A stretch of 64,000 nt of DNA from Bacteroidia bacterium (lineage in GTDB: Bacteria > Bacteroidota > Bacteroidia > B-17B0 > Aurantibacillaceae), in contig JBGASD010000004.1 of assembly GCA_044229885.1 (NCBI GenBank), positions 475,650 to 539,649 of the forward strand, written 5' to 3'. Shown here in pieces: positions 45,994 to 54,670 of this stretch (its first letter is position 1; every line of letters starts with the position of its first letter). Under the pieces are notes generated by a model, which was not told where the DNA came from, did no database searches, and worked only from the letters and a program-made list of their open reading frames with translations. The translations under genes and the position numbers were made by a program.

Positions 45994-48807
45994 TTATTTA
46001 CTTAAATATAAATTACGTTCACTATAAATATTCTGGAAATATTCATCATACAAGTCATCAATAAAATAAATGGCTTCACCCGTGCTCTTCATCTCCGGAC
46101 CAAGCTCTTTCTGTATCTCAGGGAATTTCTCATAACTAAATACAGGCACTTTGATAGCATAACCTTTTTGATGCGGGTTAAACTTAAAGTCTTTTAATTT
46201 TGCGCCCAGCATTACTTTGGTAGCATAATTTACGTATGGCTCACGATAGGCTTTTGCAATGAACGGCACTGTACGGCTGGCACGCGGGTTAGCTTCGATA
46301 ATGTAAACAACTTCATCTTTAATTGCAAATTGTATGTTTAATAAACCAACTGTATTTAAGGCTAATGCAATTTTGCGTGTATGATCCTTTATTTGATTAA
46401 TTACATTTTCACTCAGATCGAATGGAGGAAGTACCGCATAACTATCACCGCTATGAATACCTGCAGGCTCAATATGCTCCATTATACCAATAATGTAAAC
46501 ATCCTTACCATCGCAAATAGAATCTGATTCTGCTTCAATGGCGCCATCTAAAAAATGATCGATCAACACTTTATTATCAGGCAGATCGTTCAATAATTTC
46601 ACAACGTGCTGCTCTAATTCTTCCTCATTAATAACAATCTTCATACTTTGCCCGCCTAATACATAACTCGGACGAACCAATAAAGGGAAACCTAATTCTT
46701 TTGATAATTCAATACCTTCTTCTGCATTATTAATCACACCAAATTTTGGGTAAGGAATATTATTTTCTTTTAACAGGTTAGAGAAACTTCCGCGGTCTTC
46801 TGCAAGATCTAATGATTTAAAATCAGTACCAATGATTTTTATGCCGTAACGCTCTAATTTTTCAGCCAGCTTTAAAGCGGTTTGCCCGCCAAGCTGCACA
46901 ATAACGCCTTCAGGTTTTTCGTGAAGGATGATATCGTAAATATGTTCCCAAAAAACAGGTTCAAAATATAACTTATCTGCCGTGCTAAAATCTGTACTAA
47001 CGGTTTCGGGGTTGCAATTGATCATAATGGTCTCATAGCCCATTTCTTTTGCAGCCAATACGCCATGCACACAGCTGTAATCAAACTCAATGCCCTGGCC
47101 AATGCGGTTCGGTCCGCTACCAAGAATAACAATCTTCTTTTTATCTGATCTTACGCTTTCGTTCTCATCTTCAAAAGTAGAGTAGTAGTAAGGCGTTTTT
47201 GCTTCAAATTCAGCCGCGCAGGTGTCAACTAATTTAAATACCCGGTTAATTTTAAGATCTGTTCTCTTGCTGTACACTTCACTTTCCAAGCATTTTAAAA
47301 GGTGTGCAATTTGCCTGTCTGCATAGCCTTTTTGTTTGGCTTCGTATAAAAGATCTTTTGGTAATTCGCCAACTTTATATTTTGAAATTTCATTCTCAAG
47401 GGCAATTAATTCTTCAATTTGCTCCAAGAACCATTTATCAATCTTAGTAAGCTTTTGTATTGTTTTTATAGAGATACCAATTTTCATGGCATCGTAGATC
47501 ATAAATAAACGGTTCCAACTCGGACGCTCTAATGCGTTTAGTAATTCCTGTTGGTTGGTAATTTCTTTTCCGTCAGCCCCCAAACCGTTACGTTTAATTT
47601 CTAAGCTTTGACAAGCTTTTTGTAAAGCCTCCTGAAAACTGCGGCCAATGCCCATTACTTCGCCAACGGATTTCATCTGGAAACCTAATTCGCGGTTACA
47701 GCCTTTAAATTTATCAAAGTTCCAACGTGGAATTTTTACAATAACGTAATCTAAAGTTGGTTCAAAGTATGCTGAAGTTGATTTAGTGATTTGATTGATC
47801 AATTCATCCAAACGGTAACCAATGGCTAATTTAGAAGCAATACGCGCAATAGGATACCCCGTTGCTTTACTTGCCAATGCTGATGAACGCGATACGCGCG
47901 GATTAATTTCAATGGCGATGATCTCTTCTTTATCATCGTTGCTCACTGCAAATTGTACGTTACAGCCACCAGCAAAGTTTCCAATGCTGCGCATCATTTT
48001 AATGGCCATGGTACGCATACGTTGGTAAGTGCTATCGCTTAAGGTCATTGCCGGGGCAACAGTTATACTATCGCCGGTATGTACACCCATTGGATCAAAA
48101 TTCTCGATAGAACAAATAATAGCAACGTTGTCGGAAGCATCGCGCAATAATTCCAACTCAAATTCTTTCCAGCCTAAAACAGCTTTATCAATTAATACTT
48201 CGTGTATTGGAGATGTTTGTAAACCACGATTTAATAAGGCGTCAAAATTTTCTTTTTCATAAACAACAGATCCGCCGCTGCCGCCAAGTGTAAACGAGGG
48301 GCGAATAACCAAAGGAAAACCAAATTCCTGTGCAATGCTTTTTCCTTCTAAGAAGGATTTTGCAATTTTGCTTGGTGCCATGTTCACACCAATTTCGTTC
48401 ATACGTATACGAAACAGGTCGCGATCTTCAGTAACTTTAATGGCATCAATATCAACACCTATCATTCTAACACCGTATTTTTTCCAGATGCCAAGATCTT
48501 CACATTTTAAAGCAAGATTTAAAGCGGTTTGCCCGCCCATGGTTGGTAATACAGCATCAATTTTGTGTGCTTCCAGGATCTTTACTATGGATTTTACTTC
48601 CAGGGGTAAAAGGTAAATGTTATCTGCAGTTACCTTATCCGTCATAATAGTTGCCGGATTAGAGTTGATAAGGGTTACTTCAATTCCTTCTTCACGTAAG
48701 CTTTTGGCAGATTGGGAGCCTGAATAATCAAACTCGCAGGCCTGGCCAATAATAATGGGGCCCGAACCTATGATAAGTACGGATTTTATGGATGTGTCTT
48801 TTGGCAT
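45994..48807 (-). CDS. carB: Carbamoyl-phosphate synthase large subunit (short form lacking the C-terminal allosteric/MGS-like domain)
   Basis: 937 aa. It has two ATP-grasp halves (GSGPIIIGQACEFDYSG and GSGPNRIGQGIEFDYSC) and ends about where the E. coli allosteric domain would begin. Confidence 0.95.
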   Translation of the reverse strand: MPKDTSIKSVLIIGSGPIIIGQACEFDYSGSQSAKSLREEGIEVTLINSNPATIMTDKVTADNIYLLPLEVKSIVKILEAHKIDAVLPTMGGQTALNLALKCEDLGIWKKYGVRMIGVDIDAIKVTEDRDLFRIRMNEIGVNMAPSKIAKSFLEGKSIAQEFGFPLVIRPSFTLGGSGGSVVYEKENFDALLNRGLQTSPIHEVLIDKAVLGWKEFELELLRDASDNVAIICSIENFDPMGVHTGDSITVAPAMTLSDSTYQRMRTMAIKMMRSIGNFAGGCNVQFAVSNDDKEEIIAIEINPRVSRSSALASKATGYPIARIASKLAIGYRLDELINQITKSTSAYFEPTLDYVIVKIPRWNFDKFKGCNRELGFQMKSVGEVMGIGRSFQEALQKACQSLEIKRNGLGADGKEITNQQELLNALERPSWNRLFMIYDAMKIGISIKTIQKLTKIDKWFLEQIEELIALENEISKYKVGELPKDLLYEAKQKGYADRQIAHLLKCLESEVYSKRTDLKINRVFKLVDTCAAEFEAKTPYYYSTFEDENESVRSDKKKIVILGSGPNRIGQGIEFDYSCVHGVLAAKEMGYETIMINCNPETVSTDFSTADKLYFEPVFWEHIYDIILHEKPEGVIVQLGGQTALKLAEKLERYGIKIIGTDFKSLDLAEDRGSFSNLLKENNIPYPKFGVINNAEEGIELSKELGFPLLVRPSYVLGGQSMKIVINEEELEQHVVKLLNDLPDNKVLIDHFLDGAIEAESDSICDGKDVYIIGIMEHIEPAGIHSGDSYAVLPPFDLSENVINQIKDHTRKIALALNTVGLLNIQFAIKDEVVYIIEANPRASRTVPFIAKAYREPYVNYATKVMLGAKLKDFKFNPHQKGYAIKVPVFSYEKFPEIQKELGPEMKSTGEAIYFIDDLYDEYFQNIYSERNLYLSK

Positions 48808-48841
48808 ATAAAGGGGAAAAACTTAAAAATTCAAATTCCTG

Positions 48842-48849
48842 CAAAGATA
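48842..48849 (-). promoter_or_regulatory. -7 box TATCTTTG (minus strand) upstream of carB
   Basis: The plus strand reads CAAAGATA. The box lies 34 nt upstream of the carB ATG. Confidence 0.35.
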
Positions 48850-48913
48850 ATACAGCAATGGAATTGTTAAAAGAAAGATATTGACTAGATATTAAGAGAT
48901 TATTTATTGAAAT

Positions 48914-48943
48914 AAAAAACCCGAAACTTTTGGTTTCGGGTTT
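48914..48943 (-). terminator. Rho-independent terminator of the RRM-protein gene
   Basis: Stem CCCGAAAC (48920-48927) pairs with GTTTCGGG (48933-48940) around a 5-nt loop. On the minus strand it is followed by TTTTTTATTT. Confidence 0.75.
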
Positions 48944-48983
48944 AGGTATAATGGAAAATGGGTATTTCCTCAATGCTATAATT

Positions 48984-49262
48984 TTATTCAGCCGTATTAG
49001 TTGGCTGAGAATCAGTCTCTCTTTTACCTTTAGCTTCGGCAACAACAATATCACGCTCGTGATGATTGGTTCCGTTCAAAGCTGCAATAGCAGCGTTAGC
49101 TTCTGCATCGTTTGGCATTTCTACAAAACCATAGCCTTTGCTGCGGCGTGTTTCTTTGTCTTTGATGATCCTCACACTCGTAACTTCACCATATTGCGAA
49201 AATAATTCGCTCAGCGCCTGTTCTCTAACTTTAAAACTGATGTTACTAACAAAAATGTTCAT
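48984..49262 (-). CDS. RRM-domain RNA-binding protein
   Basis: 92 aa. RNP2 is IFVSNI and RNP1 is KGYGFVEM, followed by a short basic tail. Confidence 0.85.
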   Translation of the reverse strand: MNIFVSNISFKVREQALSELFSQYGEVTSVRIIKDKETRRSKGYGFVEMPNDAEANAAIAALNGTNHHERDIVVAEAKGKRETDSQPTNTAE

Positions 49263-49335
49263 AATAATAAATAAGTTGATTTTATATTATAAAGGTAATT
49301 AAAAAAACAATATCTCCAAATTTTTGTTAATTTTT

Positions 49336-49968
49336 TCACTTTCCAGTGTTTACGGGGCTTAGAGCCTCATTGATCACATCTTTTATGGTTAAATATGTGT
49401 CGTTATAGGCCTTATTTCGGGCATCTTTTTCAGAAAACCACAAAACTTCATCGATATTTTCTTCGGTTTGAGGGACTAATTTTTCCGAGTAATCGGTTTT
49501 CATGTAAAACCAAAATGTTTGTTTAAAAGCAAAAGACTTTTTATATGGGTAAATATGAAAAGTTGAAGCTAATTGTTTGATGATCTTTAGATTAGTTACA
49601 GCGCATTCTTCTTCACACTCTCGTATTGCAGCTTTTTCAATTGTTTCGCCTTTATCTAATTTTCCTTTTGGGAGGTCCCATTTCCCCAATCTGTGGATAA
49701 ATAAAAACTGTGTATTTTTTTCTATAAAACCACCTGCAGCTTCAATGTATGAAAATTCTTTTTTAAAGTGATCGAACACGTTTTCAAAATCATAATTTAA
49801 AATAATTATTGAATTTAAATTGTTTTCATTTAAAAAATCGTCAATAATTATTTTTAACGATTGCTTGCCTTCTTTTTTGTAGATCTTAAATGTTTGATTT
49901 TGCGAAGATTGTATTATGCTTTCATCAAATCCTATAAATTTATTGTTATAATATATTTTTTTGTTCAT
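49336..49968 (-). CDS. NUDIX hydrolase with an N-terminal extension
   Basis: 210 aa. Nudix box GKLDKGETIEKAAIRECEEECAV. Confidence 0.75.
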   Translation of the reverse strand: MNKKIYYNNKFIGFDESIIQSSQNQTFKIYKKEGKQSLKIIIDDFLNENNLNSIIILNYDFENVFDHFKKEFSYIEAAGGFIEKNTQFLFIHRLGKWDLPKGKLDKGETIEKAAIRECEEECAVTNLKIIKQLASTFHIYPYKKSFAFKQTFWFYMKTDYSEKLVPQTEENIDEVLWFSEKDARNKAYNDTYLTIKDVINEALSPVNTGK

Positions 49969-49999
49969 AAAAAAGTGTCTTAAACATTAAAACTAAATC

Positions 50000-50007
50000 T
50001 AACTTTG
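50000..50007 (+). promoter_or_regulatory. -7 box TAACTTTG only 4 nt upstream of the pyrE ATG
   Basis: The sequence TAACTTTGccgcATG has the same geometry as at hemJ. Confidence 0.4.
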
Positions 50008-50011
50008 CCGC

Positions 50012-50665
50012 ATGACGTCGTTTGATAACCCAGCGTATAAAGTTGCTGAATTTTTATTACAAATAAAAGCTGTAAAGCTACAACCCGAAAACCCTTTTAC
50101 TTGGGCAAGTGGGATTAAATCTCCTATTTATTGCGATAACCGTAAAACATTATCATATCCACAAATACGTACTTTTATTCGTCAAACATTTGTTGATACT
50201 ATTAACAAGCATTTTGCAAAACCGGATGTAATTGCCGGTGTGGCAACGGGTGGTATTGCTGTTGGTGCTTTGGTTGCGCAAGAAATGGGATTGCCTTTTG
50301 TTTATGTAAGAAGCGAAGCAAAAAAACATGGCTTAACCAACCTTATTGAAGGTGATGTTGAGAGTGGACAAAATGTTGTTGTTATTGAAGATCTTATTAG
50401 TACAGGTGGAAGCAGTTTAAAAGCTGTTGAAGCTTTACGCGAAAGAGGTTGTACTGTAAAAGGTATGGCCGCAATTTTTACTTATGGTTTTGAAGAAGCT
50501 GAAGTAAGTTTTAAAAAAGCAAAATGTAATTTAAAAACATTAACAGATTACAATACTTTAATTGATACAGCCTTAACTAAAGAATATATAACTGAGAAGG
50601 ATGTTGAAAGTCTTAAAAAATGGAGAGCAAATCCAAAAGAGTGGGCGCAAACATTGGTTAAATAA
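50012..50665 (+). CDS. pyrE: Orotate phosphoribosyltransferase
   Basis: 217 aa. PRPP-binding loop VVVIEDLISTGGSS and the N-terminal FTWASGIKSPIYCDNR. Confidence 0.9.
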   Translation: MTSFDNPAYKVAEFLLQIKAVKLQPENPFTWASGIKSPIYCDNRKTLSYPQIRTFIRQTFVDTINKHFAKPDVIAGVATGGIAVGALVAQEMGLPFVYVRSEAKKHGLTNLIEGDVESGQNVVVIEDLISTGGSSLKAVEALRERGCTVKGMAAIFTYGFEEAEVSFKKAKCNLKTLTDYNTLIDTALTKEYITEKDVESLKKWRANPKEWAQTLVK

Positions 50666-50686
50666 AATTTTAATAAAATAGTTTTT

Positions 50687-50712
50687 AATGCATACTTTTA
50701 GTATGCATTTTT
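50687..50712 (+). terminator. Rho-independent terminator after pyrE
   Basis: Stem AATGCATAC (50687-50695) pairs with GTATGCATT (50701-50709) around a 5-nt loop, then TTTaaTTT. Confidence 0.6.
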
Positions 50713-50730
50713 AATTTAAAAATATATCAC

Positions 50731-51453
50731 ATGAAAAAGATAATTTTATTTTTTGCCCTTTTTATTTCTTCGTTAATACCTTTTTGTGTAAACGCGCAGG
50801 AAATTAAAAAACCTTATATCGAAGCCACAGGTTCAAGCGAAACGGAGATTGTGCCCGATGAAATTTATATTACAATTACCTTGCAGGAAAGACAGGATGG
50901 TAAAGATAAACTAACAATAGAAAAGCAGGAAGATGACCTGAAACAGAACCTGAAAGAAATGGGTATTGATATTTCAAACTTATCTTTAAATACGGCTAAT
51001 GCAGATTTTAGAAAAATAAAATCGTTTAAAAAGGACGTAGTTACTTCTAAATCGTATCTTTTAAAAGTTGGTAATGCCGAGATGGTAACAAAAGTATATG
51101 AACGCCTTGATAAAATTAACGCACATGATGCCTATATCTCTAAATTAAATCACTCAAAAATATTAGAATTTACAAAAGAGAACAGGATAAAAGCAATTAA
51201 AGCCGCAAAAGATAAAGTTGAGTATCTTGCTGCTGCTGTTGGTAATCAGCTTGGTGGACCAATTCAAATTACCGAAACAACAAATTCTGTTGAAAACAAT
51301 CCTTACGGAAATCCATATAACTACAGAATGTCTAACGCTGTACAAAGTTATGGTGGCATGGAAAGTTCTGAGTCTGTTGGCGACGAAATATCTTTTAAAA
51401 AGATAAAGATCAAAGCAAGTTTTTTAGTTAAGTACGAAATTTTAAATAAATAA
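50731..51453 (+). CDS. SIMPL/DUF541-domain periplasmic protein
   Basis: 240 aa with a signal peptide. YIEATGSSETEIVPDEIYITITLQ is typical of the start of SIMPL domains. Confidence 0.6.
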   Translation: MKKIILFFALFISSLIPFCVNAQEIKKPYIEATGSSETEIVPDEIYITITLQERQDGKDKLTIEKQEDDLKQNLKEMGIDISNLSLNTANADFRKIKSFKKDVVTSKSYLLKVGNAEMVTKVYERLDKINAHDAYISKLNHSKILEFTKENRIKAIKAAKDKVEYLAAAVGNQLGGPIQITETTNSVENNPYGNPYNYRMSNAVQSYGGMESSESVGDEISFKKIKIKASFLVKYEILNK

Positions 51454-51456
51454 TCT

Positions 51457-51870
51457 GTGTCTGCATTTACAATTATAAGTGATACCAATTCCACTCAATC
51501 TTCATTAAAGAGTTTGTATGAGTATTTAAGTGATTTTGAAAACTTCGGTCATATATTACCCGATGATAAAGTTGAGAATTTTCAATATACTGAGACGGAA
51601 TGTTCTTTTAATATTAAAGGAATAACACCTATGAAAATAAAAAAGGTAGAATCAAAACCTTACGAGTATATTTTATTCTCAAGCGAAGGTCTTGCGAAAT
51701 TTAATTTTAGTTTAAAGGCTTTTTTTATTGGTGAGGCTTCTCAAAAAGGAGAATGTAAAATTGAATTAATGGGCGATCTTAATCCATTTATTAAAGCTAT
51801 GGCCGAAAAACCGTTAACAGCTTTAACAAATAGTATGTCATTAAAATTATCACAATTAAAACTTAATTAA
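51457..51870 (+). CDS. SRPBCC-like small protein
   Basis: 137 aa with a GTG start. YEYLSDFENFGHILPD parallels the DFTKFGHFHP motif of the 42458 ORF. Confidence 0.4.
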   Translation: MSAFTIISDTNSTQSSLKSLYEYLSDFENFGHILPDDKVENFQYTETECSFNIKGITPMKIKKVESKPYEYILFSSEGLAKFNFSLKAFFIGEASQKGECKIELMGDLNPFIKAMAEKPLTALTNSMSLKLSQLKLN

Positions 51871-51871
51871 T

Positions 51872-52153
51872 ATGCAAATAAATGCAGCACTACAGTTATT
51901 GCCCTTAAAAACAAATGAAGACAGATATTCTGTTGTTGATAAAGCAATTGAATTAATAAATAAAAGCGGCTTAAATTATAAAGTTTGTCCTTTTGAAACT
52001 GTTGTAGAAGGCAAGCCTGAAGATGTATATAAATTAATTCACGAAATACAATCAGGAATTTTAAAGAATGGTTGCGATGAACTTATTTTGAATATTAAAA
52101 TTCATGCAGCTAATCGCGATCTTACTTTTCAGGAAAAATTAGCAAAATACTAA
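51872..52153 (+). CDS. MTH1187/YkoF-like (DUF77) thiamine-binding-type protein
   Basis: 93 aa. The pattern INAALQLLPL...YSVVDKAIELINKSGLNYKVCPFETVVEG fits this family. Confidence 0.55.
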   Translation: MQINAALQLLPLKTNEDRYSVVDKAIELINKSGLNYKVCPFETVVEGKPEDVYKLIHEIQSGILKNGCDELILNIKIHAANRDLTFQEKLAKY

Positions 52154-52321
52154 TTTCATTTTTTTTTTTAAGTTCAATTCATTGCGTTTATAAACAACTC
52201 ACTTTCAGTTGATTGAAAGATGTTTTGTTTATTGCTTGAAAGTCACCCAACCTTTTTTAGATTATTTGTGTATTGGTTATTCAGAGGTCACACTTTAATA
52301 ACCACCCTTAAATAATTTAAA

Positions 52322-54172
52322 ATGAAAAAAAGTATAAATCTATTTCAGCAATCAAAAATAATAAGCCTTAAAGTTTTTTTATTACTTGCTTCTTTATTTA
52401 TTATAAGCAATAGTGCAAAAGCCATATGTAATTTAAATGCAAATTTTAATTATACTGTAAATGCAAATGGTGTAGTTAATTTTGCAAGTACGTCTACCGG
52501 TACAACTATTGCAACAAGCTATCAGTGGTATTTTTATCCGGGCAGCGCTTTAGGAAATTCTGTTACGCACACTTTTCAAAATAATGGAACTTATCCAGTT
52601 ACTTTATATTTAAATGATACATTATGTTTTGATTCAGTAACAGTTTATGTAACCGTAAACACAAGTACCTGTAATTTAAATGGTAATTTTAATTACACAG
52701 TTAATCCAAATGGTGTGGTAAATTTTGCAAGCACATCAACCGGTACAACTGCTACTACTTCTTATCAATGGTACTTTTATCCGGGAAGTTCTACGGGTGC
52801 TACAGCTTCTCATATTTATCCCAACGCAGGCACATATCCTGTTACACTTGTTACATCCAATGGCAATTGTTACGATTCAACACTTATTTATATAACTGTA
52901 AATACAGCCAGTTGTAATTTAAATGCCAACTTTAGTTATACGGTAGGCGCAAATGGAATTGTAAATTTTGCAAGCACATCTACGGGCACAAATGTTTCAA
53001 CTACTTACCAATGGTATTTTTCACCCGGCAGCGCTACAGGTGCTAATGTAACACATAATTATAACAATAATGGTGTGTATGGTGTTTCTTTATTTGCAAG
53101 TGATAGTAGTTGTTACGATTCACTCACTGTGTACATTACTGTAAATACTGCTACCTGTAATTTAAATGCAGGATTTACTTATACTTTGGGAGCCAACGGT
53201 GTTGTAAATTTTGCAAGCACTTCTACCGGAACAAATTCAGGCACCACTTATCAATGGTATTTCTTTCCGGGAACTGCATCAGGCCCGACGTCAACGCATA
53301 CTTTTCCAAATAATGGCACTTACCCGGTAACGTTATGGGTAAATAATGGTAATTGTAGTGATTCAATTACCGGTTATATTTCTATTAATACAACAACCTG
53401 TAATTTAAATGCGAATTTTAATTATACTGTTAATGCTAATGGCTCTGTGAATTTTGCAAGCACATCAACCGGTACAACAATTGCTACTTTTTACCAATGG
53501 TATTTTTATCCGGGTACAGCTAGCGGACAAACAACAACACATAATTATACCAGCAACGGTACTTATGCTGTAACACTATATTTAAGTGATTCTTTATGCA
53601 CAGATTCTATTACAAAATATATTACAATAAGTAACCAGGGTTGTAATATCAATGCAGGTTTTACTTATACAGTTGCCCCTAATGGCGTAGTTCACTTTGC
53701 AAGCACAACAACAGGTGCAAGCCCGTTTGCAACTTATTATTGGTGGTTTGGAGATGCGTTCTCAGCTACAGGTTCAACTGTAACGCATACTTATGCTACA
53801 TTAGGTCAATATGTTGTTACTTTGCATGTGTTCGATTCTCTTTGTAATGATTCAACATTTATAATTATAAATACGGGTGCAGTTTCCGGTATAAAAAATA
53901 ACAGCACTATAAATTCTTCTATTAAAGTTTATCCAAACCCAAACAATGGAGAGTTTGATATTTCTTTAAGTGGAATTGAACATGGAGCAAAAGAAATTGA
54001 AGTTTTAATTTACAATACTTTGGGACAAATTATTTTCAAAAACAATTATGAGAACACAAACGGTGAGATCAATAAAAAGATCAGGATTGAAGATCTACCG
54101 GATGGCGCATATATATTGAGGCTTAATAATGGCTCACAAATTAATACCTCGCGACTGATCATTCAAAAATAG
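52322..54172 (+). CDS. T9SS cargo: six tandem PKD-like modules plus a type A C-terminal sorting domain
   Basis: 616 aa with a signal peptide. Six 81-aa units each start CN(L/I)N(A/G)(N/G)F.YT. The C-terminus reads IKVYPNPNNGEFDISL...GAYILRLNNGSQINTSRLIIQK. Confidence 0.8.
   Translation: MKKSINLFQQSKIISLKVFLLLASLFIISNSAKAICNLNANFNYTVNANGVVNFASTSTGTTIATSYQWYFYPGSALGNSVTHTFQNNGTYPVTLYLNDTLCFDSVTVYVTVNTSTCNLNGNFNYTVNPNGVVNFASTSTGTTATTSYQWYFYPGSSTGATASHIYPNAGTYPVTLVTSNGNCYDSTLIYITVNTASCNLNANFSYTVGANGIVNFASTSTGTNVSTTYQWYFSPGSATGANVTHNYNNNGVYGVSLFASDSSCYDSLTVYITVNTATCNLNAGFTYTLGANGVVNFASTSTGTNSGTTYQWYFFPGTASGPTSTHTFPNNGTYPVTLWVNNGNCSDSITGYISINTTTCNLNANFNYTVNANGSVNFASTSTGTTIATFYQWYFYPGTASGQTTTHNYTSNGTYAVTLYLSDSLCTDSITKYITISNQGCNINAGFTYTVAPNGVVHFASTTTGASPFATYYWWFGDAFSATGSTVTHTYATLGQYVVTLHVFDSLCNDSTFIIINTGAVSGIKNNSTINSSIKVYPNPNNGEFDISLSGIEHGAKEIEVLIYNTLGQIIFKNNYENTNGEINKKIRIEDLPDGAYILRLNNGSQINTSRLIIQK
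52427..53884 (+). repeat. Six in-frame tandem repeats of exactly 243 bp inside the 52322 CDS
   Basis: Each unit starts with TGTAAT (TGTAATTTAAAT in the first five) at 52427, 52670, 52913, 53156, 53399 and 53642. The first ~120 bp of each unit is much better conserved than the second half. Confidence 0.9.
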
Positions 54173-54197
54173 TTATTAATGGTCGCAACAAACAAGG

Positions 54198-54228
54198 GCC
54201 GCTCGTAACAGAGCGGCTTTTGTGTTTT
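54198..54228 (+). terminator. Rho-independent terminator after the PKD-repeat gene
   Basis: Stem GCCGCTC (54198-54204) pairs with GAGCGGC (54211-54217) around a 6-nt loop, then TTTTGTGTTTT. Confidence 0.75.
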
Positions 54229-54664
54229 AATAACCTGCCTTTACCGCATCATAAGCATTAAATGTGCCTAATGCTTTTGCAATTAATTTGTTTTCTCTGT
54301 TTACACAAAATACATCGCAGCTAATAATTAAGATACGATTTCCTTTTTGTTCAACTTTTGCTTTAGCGATTAAGCGATCATTTAAAAATGCAGGCGCTAA
54401 AAAATTTGTTTTGTATTCAACAGTGCTTACCACTTTGTTTTCTTTGTATACCACCGATAAGCCGGCAACTCCCAAAGCCCCATCAATTAAAGCGGCAATT
54501 ATTCCGCCATGAGCTGCATGCGGTGTGGCTAAATGTTCTTTTTTAATGGTAATAAAATAATCAACTACACCATCTTCAAGGATCTTAAATTCCATTCCAA
54601 CTAATTTTCCAAAAAAATTATTTTCAATATAACGTTCAATTAAAGTTCTTTCTTCGGTTTTCAT
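54227..54664 (-). CDS. PaaI-family hotdog thioesterase
   Basis: 145 aa. HAAHGGIIAALIDGALGVAG is the PaaI/YbgC-type active-site region. Confidence 0.8.
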   Translation of the reverse strand: MKTEERTLIERYIENNFFGKLVGMEFKILEDGVVDYFITIKKEHLATPHAAHGGIIAALIDGALGVAGLSVVYKENKVVSTVEYKTNFLAPAFLNDRLIAKAKVEQKGNRILIISCDVFCVNRENKLIAKALGTFNAYDAVKAGY

Positions 54665-54670
54665 ATTTGA

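Noticed and set aside
47822-49205. Plus-strand ORFs of 68-93 aa (47822-48028, 48029-48262, 48335-48616, 48930-49205) and the minus-strand ORF 48728-49054
   Set aside because: All lie antisense to, or out of frame within, carB, the RRM gene or their flanks. They have low-complexity, Ser/Ile/Phe-rich translations with no motifs. These are typical shadow ORFs of an AT-rich genome.
52159-52169. T11 homopolymer about 150 nt upstream of the PKD-repeat adhesin gene (possible phase-variation tract)
   Set aside because: It is not positioned between recognisable -33 and -7 promoter elements or within a CDS. Long T runs are common in this AT-rich DNA. There is no evidence for slipped-strand regulation from one sequence.
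52427-53884. Regularly spaced repeats considered as a possible CRISPR array
   Set aside because: The period is 243 bp with no short repeat/spacer structure. The repeats are in frame within a 616-aa protein with signal peptide and T9SS sorting domain, and no cas genes are present.
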